Program-made: the position numbers and the translations under genes | Assembly (NCBI RefSeq): GCF_009914755.1 | Contig: NC_060925.1 | Origin: the human T2T-CHM13v2.0 reference genome, Homo sapiens | Length of the DNA: 64,000 nucleotides | Direction: 5' to 3' (one strand) | Shown here: in pieces, positions 50,791-64,000 of the stretch | Position numbering within the stretch: the stretch's first letter is position 1 | Layout of the letters: every line of letters starts with the position of its first letter | Notes under the pieces: model-generated | Database searches by the model: none | What the model was told of the DNA's origin: nothing | The model's input: only the letters and a program-made list of their open reading frames with translations

Positions 50791-50954
50791 GCTGACTGCT
50801 GCCCTGCCCTGCACCCCTGTATCCACCCCCGGCGCTGATGCTGCCCTGCCCTGCCCCCCGTGTACACCCCGTGCACTGATACTGCCCTGCCCTGCACCCG
50901 TTTCCACCCCCAGCGCTGATGCTGCCCTGCCCTGCACCCTGGTCTCCACCCCCG
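50791..50954. repeat. C-rich minisatellite, about 4 copies of a roughly 41-bp unit
   Basis: Unit approximately gctgatgctgccctgccctgcacccnngtntccacccccg. Confidence 0.9.
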
Positions 50955-51302
50955 ACTTCATCCTTGTTAATTTTCTTCAGGTACTTGACACAGTCGGAGC
51001 TCATTTTGTTCTTTCATGGGTTTCCATATTCAGTACTTGACTCCCCCACTAAAAATGAAGAGTGCAAGAAGTTTTGTTTGTTGCTGGATCCTCAGTGCCT
51101 GTTGTTTTCATTTTTTGAATTGAATGAATGAATGCACGAATGAATAGATGGATGGATGGGGGAATAAGTGGATGAAAGGATGAGCTTGCGAATGAACAAA
51201 TGGATATGGATGTATGGACCGACGCATGGACACATACGAGAAAAATTTGCCCATAGGAAAAGGCGGGCTTCTCCCGGTACATAACTTCCCCGAGATTAGG
51301 AT

Positions 51303-51322
51303 GTACTGCCACCTGGTGGTGG
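51303..51322 (-). promoter_or_regulatory. Candidate CTCF binding site (reverse orientation)
   Basis: Minus strand CCACCACCAGGTGGCAGTAC matches the CTCF core CCACCAGGTGGCAG. Confidence 0.65.
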
Positions 51323-51577
51323 GAGTGACGAAGGACAGTCTCTAGCTGGATCTGTTGTCATGGGAACAGAACCCAGTTCCTGGCCTCATGGACCTGACAG
51401 TCACCTGAGGGAGCTGGACACTGAAGTTATTGCAGATCATGATAACACAGGTGGCATGGAGAATCTCACAGCATCATTCCGATTTAGCTCTTCTCATCAG
51501 AGAAGTCAGATTTGACCTCAGGCTCAATGGATGAGGAGGATCTGGCCCTTTGGAAGCCGGAAAAGAGCCTTCTAAGT

Positions 51578-52568
<991 letters not shown>

Positions 52569-52719
52569 TTAAGTCTAAGTGGGAGGGACAGTAAGTGCAA
52601 AGCTCTGAAACAGGGACTACCTGACATGCTTGGGAAAGGAGGAATGTCTGGGTTACATCGGGAAGATGACACCCAGGTTGGCCCCGGGTGTCTAGCAGAG
52701 GTCTTTACTTTGTCTGGGC

Positions 52720-53440
<721 letters not shown>

Positions 53441-53941
53441 TTAGAAGTGTATTTGGCAGTGATTCTGTGTCTGCCACTGTGCTAGTATGTTCTACGTACT
53501 CATATTGACGGACCTGCCTCTGAGAACTTCATATGCACCACTCTACTCATAGAAACATCCCGTCCAACCCTTGTTTATTTCTTGATCAATATAAATTTAT
53601 AGTTATTATTAACATCCTAGGGCAGGCATGCCTAACTTCCCTTGGTTTTTTTCCATTTCAGATCACTAAGATTTCCAGGTTCCTGGTTTCCTCCACTGTA
53701 AAATAAATGTTGCAGAAAGTGAGCCCCAAGGTGAATTTGAGTCCCAAAATTCAGGAGGCTGGGGACAGATGTATGATTTGGCCTGGTTTTTTGGCTCTGT
53801 CCAGGCAGAGGAGGCAAGGATAGAAACAGAGAGGATGCCACACCCCACACCAAGACTGTCAGCTGGCTCTTCCTGGGGGCTGTGGTGAGATGGTTTGGGT
53901 CCTACTCATGCGCTGCTGCTCTGAGTGTTTTTGTCTTGCAG

Positions 53942-54005
53942 ATTGTTACCATGGCCTGTGCAATTATCTGGCCCGGGAGACTGAATCTGTACTTCTGATG
54001 ATTGG
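53942..54005 (+). CDS. AADACL4: AADACL4 coding exon 3 (64 nt; not in the ORF track)
   Basis: Acceptor ttgtcttgcag|AT; (D)CYHGLCNYLARETESVLLMI(G); donor TGG|GTGAGT; phases 1 and 2 join exons 2 and 4 in frame. Confidence 0.93.
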
Positions 54006-54129
54006 GTGAGTTTCTGGAGACAGCTGGTAGGTTCCACAGGGGTGAGAGGAGATAGGGTAAGTTCATGGGTGATTTGTAGATCAGAGAGGCCCTAACTCCC
54101 AAGAGGCAACTCTTGGACATGCATCCACA

Positions 54130-54620
54130 GAGACAGGCGCAGCAGTGCTCGAAAGAGCAAAAACCTGAAAGCAACCCACATGTCCATGAACGGGGGCGTG
54201 CATGAATAAACCTCAGCACAGCAACTGTTAGATTACATAGCCAAGAAGATATTATGGATTTTTCCACAGCCATTTAAATAAATGAACTAGAAAGGTGTAC
54301 CATGTTGCAAATGAATCTTAGTAGTATAAAACTAAGTGAAAAATGTTCAAAAAATTACATAAAGCCTGATACTCATTTTGCAAAGGTAAAAACGTTAAAA
54401 CCAAAAGAATACTTTCGAGGAAAACACATAGACGTAACAAGACAATGTAACATAGAAAGAAAAAAATGATAGATACAGGATTCAGGGTAACCATTCATTA
54501 AGTTGGAGGAGAAGCAAAATGGCATGATGGTGGGGTTGGTGAAGGTGATGCGCAAGATTCTGGCTGTTGTTTGGGGTGATGGTTCTGCAGGTGCTTATTG
54601 CATTGTTAAAAACTAACTAA
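54130..54620 (+). mobile_element. Old L1ME 3' fragment
   Basis: aaaacctgaaagcaacccacatgtccatgaac...aaataaatgaactaga motifs. Confidence 0.6.
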
Positions 54621-55384
54621 GCTTCTGGTCCTACAGGAACTAGTGTTGAGAGTGTCTTAAGATACAACCCTGGTCCTATAAAAACAAAAGGGAGATGGAG
54701 GCATCTTTAGAGTGGATGGAGGGGGCAGTAGGGGCTACTCACTAGGATTCTGGTTCTTGGCTCAAGAGATCTCACATCACTGGGAAAGAGTTTAGAGAAG
54801 GCCAGCGAGAGAAATTAAAATCTGCCTTTTTAGATTCTACCTCTACAATGGACCTCCTCAAACCTTAGCTGCCCCTAGGCTTTGGTAGACAGAATAGCTG
54901 TGTGACTTAAACAAAGTCACTTAACATCTCTGGTCCTCTCTGATGAGATTGAGGAAGCCAGCACTTTCTAGTATTCATCAACATACCTCCCAGGTGGCTT
55001 ACCATTGTGTCTGAAATTCCACCATTACAGTCTATGTCACCAAAGCCCTTTGTGATAATAAAAACATCCCTTGAACAGGTAGCACATAAAGGTATCAATA
55101 AGCACCTGCATTAATACCTTGTAGGAAATTGCTTAGGATGCCATTATCCCAGATACTTAGACCTGGTGCACGGGCCAGGGCAGTTTTGATAGAGTGGCTC
55201 ATGGAGCTGCATGCACAGATAAGGGCTTCCAGGAGGCTGCAGGGAGACAGTAGCTGAGAGGAGACTCCCTGAGAGACACTGAAGGAAGGGAGATGTCTAA
55301 GGCCTGGATGGGACTCCCTACCCAAACTCTTGGAGAAGATGGGTCTTTTGACCTTTGGTTCTGCGAAGCCTTCACCTCTGGGTG

Positions 55385-55746
55385 AGTTTCTTAGTTTGGG
55401 CTGCTGTAACAAATTACCATAGATGGGGCAGCTTAAACAACACTTTGATTTCTCAGAGTTTTGGAGGCTAGAAGTCCAGGATCAGGGTGTCAGCATGGTC
55501 AGGCTCTGGTGAAGACCCTTTTCCAGGCTGTAGACTGCCAGCTTCTCCTTGTATCCTAGAATGGCAGAAAGAGAAGCCAGAGAGCTCTCTAATGCCTCCT
55601 TCATAAGGGCACTAATCCCATTCATGAGGGCTCCACCCTCATGACCTGATCACTTTCCTAAGGCCCCACTTCCTAATACCCTTGCATTGCAGTGTAGGAT
55701 TTCAACATGGGAATTTTAGGGGGACACACACATTCAGTCTATCACA
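55385..55746 (-). mobile_element. MLT1A-like (MaLR) LTR
   Basis: gctgctgtaacaaattaccataga...ggacacacacattcagtctatcaca. Confidence 0.85.
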
Positions 55747-56494
55747 GTGAGCAAGAGAGAAGTGTAGGGAGGCACAGGAGAATTTCTGCCTCTTTCTGGC
55801 AGGTCACAGATTTTGCCAATAGAAAGTACCTAATATTTGTTATCCCCTTCATCATGTTGGAGTCATATATTCAACATTTGGTGAGGAGTATTCATTTCTA
55901 GAAATGGGAAAATGAAAGCTGAGGTTTGTACTCTCTGCTACCAGGTGAAGGGGCCACCTCCCTGCAAGGACCCTCTAAGAAGCATGTGTTTCGCCTGAGC
56001 TTAAATAGGAACCTGCTTCGATAACATTGATAGATTTATCAATATATTGACCATCTAGGAAATGGCCAATAAGATTATTGGGTGATAATTGTTTCCTAGA
56101 TGGGCACTAAATTATGCTGCAATCAATCAAACTCTATTTTGAAAGATGAGGTGTTAACTTTTAAAGGAAACAAAATTCAAGGTATAATAGAAGGAAGTGT
56201 TTTCAAAATGGTTCTTTTGAACCCTAGAGTTCCCTGTGATGCCTTAGAGGCAGCTATGGAGGTCAAAGAAGAAGAAGAAAGAGTGAGGGCTTATGTTCCT
56301 TACCCTTGGGCAAAACCAGAACAACTGCATTTGTTTATTTTATACAATGGGGCTCTCATATAATTTTTTTCTTCGAAATGAAAAAAATAATTTTGTCGTT
56401 CTAAGTTGAAAGCCACTAGTCTAAGGTGTTATTTTTCCTTATGAGCTTCTTCCAAATTTAATGTGATAATTAGAATATACCTTTTTGATGTTTT

Positions 56495-57676
<1,182 letters not shown>

Positions 57677-58111
57677 AGATTTTTGATTAAAAAAAAAATT
57701 CTGCCTGAAAGTAGCTTCCTCTTGACTTTAACTTTAGTGTTCTCTCTCCCTTTCTCTACAGACAAACAGTGGGACTGGTAGTGGTTTCATTTGCCTTTTT
57801 TTCAGCCATTGCTGGTTGTTTTGCTCCCAAAGCAAATAGCTTCAATGAAAACAAAGTTGCATCACCTCGTATAGAGTTTACGGGAAGCTGACAGAGCACA
57901 GGTTTGGAGTTAAGAATCCTTGCCTGTATGACTCTAGGCAGGTTCTTCACATGCTCATAGGAAGACAATGGGGATAAAATCCTTATTTCATAGGGTTATT
58001 CTGAGGATTTAATCAGATATAGTCTTGTAAGGGGGTTGAGGATTCTGTTGAAACAGCTCCCTAGCAACACTGTCCACACTGGTGTAGTGTTGCTCCCTGT
58101 TTTCGTTTTAG

Positions 58112-58886
58112 GTACCGCAAGCTTCCTGACCACCATTCCCCTGCCCTTTTCCAAGACTGCATGAATGCCTCCATTCACTTCCTGAAGGCCCTGGAAACCT
58201 ATGGGGTGGACCCCTCCAGGGTTGTGGTCTGTGGAGAAAGCGTCGGAGGTGCAGCGGTGGCCGCCATCACCCAGGCCTTGGTGGGCAGATCAGATCTTCC
58301 CCGGATCCGGGCTCAGGTTCTGATTTATCCAGTTGTCCAGGCATTCTGTTTGCAGTTGCCATCCTTTCAGCAGAACCAAAATGTCCCATTACTTTCCCGG
58401 AAGTTCATGGTGACTTCTCTGTGTAACTATCTGGCCATTGACCTCTCCTGGCGTGACGCCATCTTGAACGGCACTTGTGTACCCCCAGACGTCTGGAGGA
58501 AGTACGAGAAGTGGCTCAGCCCTGACAACATCCCCAAGAAATTTAAGAACAGAGGCTACCAACCCTGGTCTCCCGGCCCTTTTAATGAAGCTGCCTATCT
58601 AGAAGCCAAACATATGCTGGATGTAGAAAATTCACCCCTGATAGCAGATGATGAGGTCATCGCTCAGCTTCCTGAGGCCTTCCTGGTGAGCTGTGAGAAT
58701 GACATACTCCGTGATGACAGCTTGCTCTATAAGAAGCGCTTGGAGGACCAGGGGGTCCGCGTGACATGGTACCACCTGTATGATGGTTTTCACGGATCCA
58801 TTATCTTTTTTGATAAGAAGGCTCTCTCTTTCCCATGTTCCCTGAAGATTGTGAATGCTGTAGTCAGTTATATAAAGGGCATATGA
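58112..58886 (+). CDS. AADACL4: AADACL4 coding exon 4 (catalytic Ser/Asp/His, stop codon)
   Basis: Acceptor ttcgttttag|G; YRKLPDH...CGESVGG (S193)...CENDILRDD (D347)...DGFHG (H377)...KGI-TGA; total CDS 168+217+64+775 = 1224 nt = 407 aa. Confidence 0.96.
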
Positions 58887-59136
58887 TAGTAACCCTGGGG
58901 CCCCGAGGAGGAAGGGGCAAGTATGGACTCTACCAGAAACCGGGTGCTTTAGTGAGTTCTATTTTATTGACTAAAGAGGTGCTACATCAATGCTTGGGGC
59001 AGCTGGGAAGGGTGAGAAGTAAGCTAACAGTCTTGCTTAGTATTCAAGAAAATCCAAACTGTGTCTGTTTCCTTCCAGCACTAACAATGTCCATTGCTGG
59101 ATCTAGCGACATTCTCTAACATTCCCATTTAGGTGA

Positions 59137-59213
59137 AATAAATATCAAAAGGAGAAAAAAATGCCTTTAAAAATTTCTCAAAGCCCCAACATATAAGATC
59201 TGTGCAGAATAAA
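59137..59213 (+). terminator. Tandem polyadenylation signals of AADACL4
   Basis: AATAAA at 59137-59142 and 59208-59213, 250-330 nt after the stop codon. Confidence 0.7.
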
Positions 59214-59648
59214 TGCCAACAACTGGTCATACCGTCAGTGGTGAATTTGTATCCATGAAGTCAAAGTATTGCTGGAGGGGGCATCTAATTGTTCCTGCGG
59301 CCAAAGGTCACTGGGTCAAATCTCGACTTTGATTGGCTCCAGCTGGTCTGAGAAATGCTGTTGCAATGAAATTCTACCCTTGACAATGAAGATCTCAGAG
59401 GGGATTGTGGGAAAGAGAGAGACAGGGAAAGAGGCAAGAGGAAAGGAACAGAAGAAAAGGGTGGGCTCTGGGGAGCTGTGAGCTTTGCCTGGGCTCAAGT
59501 CTTTAATCTGAATTCCAAAAGCAGACCACTGGGTACTAACAGGTAGGTTCACCAAGTCAGGGATGTCTTGAGAACCTCTGGATGCCATCTGGAATATGGA
59601 AACTGCATTTCCTAAGGCAGTAAGGTGCTAGCCTGTTTTCTTCAATGA

Positions 59649-59962
<314 letters not shown>

Positions 59963-60363
59963 CTATTCTCACTTTTATAAAGAACCAAGCCATAGCTTAG
60001 CCATGCCAATTTCTCTGCTCACAGAGAAAAGGAAGGGAATATTTGTATTGCATGTTAGAGGTGACCCACACTAGTGTTTGCTTGGGCCCATGTTTGCTAG
60101 ATATACCTGTAATACCCCTGGGCCTCAGTGCTGTCAGTCTCACCAAAGTCCCACCCAAATGCTGAAGCTGGAGGCTTTCCCAACCATAGCCTCAGTGGGT
60201 ACCAACGACCTCACCTATGACTGATGGAGGAGGGGGTCCTACAGAAGTCTTGGTTCTTTGCAATAAGAGCAGGCATCCACACAGTCAATTTGGGTTGGGC
60301 CCCTGGGGGCATGAGCAGACATTGTGACTAATGGATTATACGTAAGCAGCTTTGATGGAAGGG

Positions 60364-60936
60364 TGTGTTAAGTATCTATTGGTGTGTAACGTTATTACCA
60401 CAAACATGGTGGCTTAAAACAATACACATTTATTAGCTCACAGTTTCTGTGGGTCAGGAGCCTGAGTACAGTTTAGCTGGGTTGTTGGCTTAGTCAGGGG
60501 CTGTGTTGGTAGCCTCTTGCGGGCTACAATCAAGGTGTTGGGGCTGTGGTCTCATCTGAGACTCAATTGGGGAAGGATCTACTCTCAAGCTTCGTCAGGT
60601 TGTTGGCAGAATTCAATTCCTTGTGATTATAGACTGAGGACTTCAGTTTCTTGCAAGCTGTGGTCAGAGATCAATCTCAGCTTCTAGAGGTCACCCACAG
60701 TGTCTTGACACATGAAATTCTCCAAATGACTGCAAGGGAGAGACAGACTCCAGCAAGGTAGCTACTAGAACTAATGCAAGGTAATCACAAGCACATATCA
60801 CATACATGCCATCACCTTTGCCATATGCTGTTGGTTAGAAGCAATTCATAAGCCTTGTCCACCCAAAGGGATTTCATATGGGTATGACCACTGGGGAGTG
60901 GGGACCATGAGGCCACCTTAGAGCATGTCTTCCACA
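60364..60936 (-). mobile_element. MLT1D/E-like (MaLR) LTR
   Basis: ttaccacaaacatggtggcttaaaacaatacacatttattagctcacagtttctgtgggtcagga...ggccaccttagag...ccaca. Confidence 0.8.
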
Positions 60937-61369
60937 GAAGGCCTTACCAGAAGGTGCTGGGAAGAACAGTCAACCCAACTTCTCAGCCTGAGAAACTCAG
61001 GTTAGTCTGTAACCATTGGCCTGACTTGGAGCTAGTGACCAATGGTTCCCCCAGTAGAGTCCTCTAATCTTTCCCCAACTCTCCCTTCCCCTACTCCCAT
61101 TACTCCCATCTGGCCTTCCCTGGGTGGAGTAATTTGCACCTTCTTCTAAGCTATTCCTAGCATATTTTTATGACATAAACTGTATGTCCTTGTATTAGGT
61201 AGGGTCCAATCAGGAGAAAGAAACCATATCAGCAGTCTTCTTCTTTTCTCTCAAAAGTCTTTATCAGCCTCTAAGTACAATCACATTTTCATAAGACATT
61301 TTCTACCTCTGAGAACCTAGCTAAAACTTATATCCAGGAACACTTATAAGAAATTGTGAACACAGAAGT

Positions 61370-63598
<2,229 letters not shown>

Positions 63599-63780
63599 TG
63601 CAGGGAGACCATTCTCCCTGGGTTTCTCACATTTCTGTGCCTGTTGTGAACAGAAGCACTGATGGCCTTTGATCCAGATTGTCTTTTTGAGGATGTTTGT
63701 AGAGTAATCAATCTTGGAAGATATAGTGTTTTCTCTTGCACCAGGGGGCAAGTTTATTTACTGTCTAGTATCATAAAGAT
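63599..63780 (+). mobile_element. LTR40-like LTR (ERV-L), truncated by an L1
   Basis: tgcagggagaccattctccctgggtttctcacatttctg...ttttgaggatgtttgta...cttggaagata, preceded by purine-rich gagtggtgaaga. Confidence 0.7.
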
Positions 63781-63789
63781 ACTAGATCT

Positions 63790-64000
63790 TTTGGATATTA
63801 CATATTTGTCAGGTGGGTAGGTTGCAAAAGTTTTCTCCCATTCTGTAGGTTGCTTGTTCACTCTGATGCTAGTTTCTTTTGCTGTGCAGAAGCTCTTTAG
63901 TTTAATTAGATCCCATTTGTTCATTTTGGCTTTGCTGCAGTTGTTTTTGGTGTTTTCATCATGAAGGTTTTGCTTATGCCTATGTCCCGAATGGTATTGC
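63790..64000 (-). mobile_element. L1P ORF2 3' region (antisense), continuing past the window edge
   Basis: ttttctcccattctgtaggttg...ttttgctgtgcagaagctctttagtttaattagatcccatttg, characteristic L1 sequence. Confidence 0.92.

Noticed and set aside
50791-50954. Repeat array considered as a CRISPR-like structure
   Set aside because: Head-to-tail degenerate units without unique spacers, no cas genes, and a mammalian context: an ordinary minisatellite
63738-63752. CTCF-like GCACCAGGGGGCAAG in the LTR40-like element
   Set aside because: Mismatches at both ends of the core; too weak to call without binding data

Overview
Human (primate) genomic DNA, recognisable from its proteins as the DHRS3-AADACL4 locus (1p36). 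On the minus strand are the CpG-island promoter, the 5' leader and coding exon 1 of DHRS3 (retinaldehyde reductase/retSDR1, 9293-9487); intron 1 runs off the left edge. On the plus strand, head-to-head about 27 kb away, is the complete four-exon AADACL4 CDS (36694-36861, 43270-43486, 53942-54005, 58112-58886; 1224 nt, 407 aa, catalytic triad S193/D347/H377). The rest is mostly interspersed repeat: dozens of Alus, MIR/L2/L1 pieces, DNA-transposon relics and several solo LTRs with intact target-site duplications (TSDs). AADACL4 intron 2 holds a deleted ERV1 provirus, antisense to the gene, that was itself invaded by an LTR22, a MADE1 and two Alus. An ERV-L-type element carrying a gamma-type env remnant lies at the right end. 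The most notable signal is a perfect 20/20 p53/p63 response element inside an LTR10-like solo LTR between the two genes. I found no clear evidence of a wholly new biological system; the findings are regulatory and paleovirological hypotheses. Repeat subfamily names come from my recall of consensus sequences and need Dfam/RepeatMasker confirmation. Repeat boundaries without a stated TSD are approximate.
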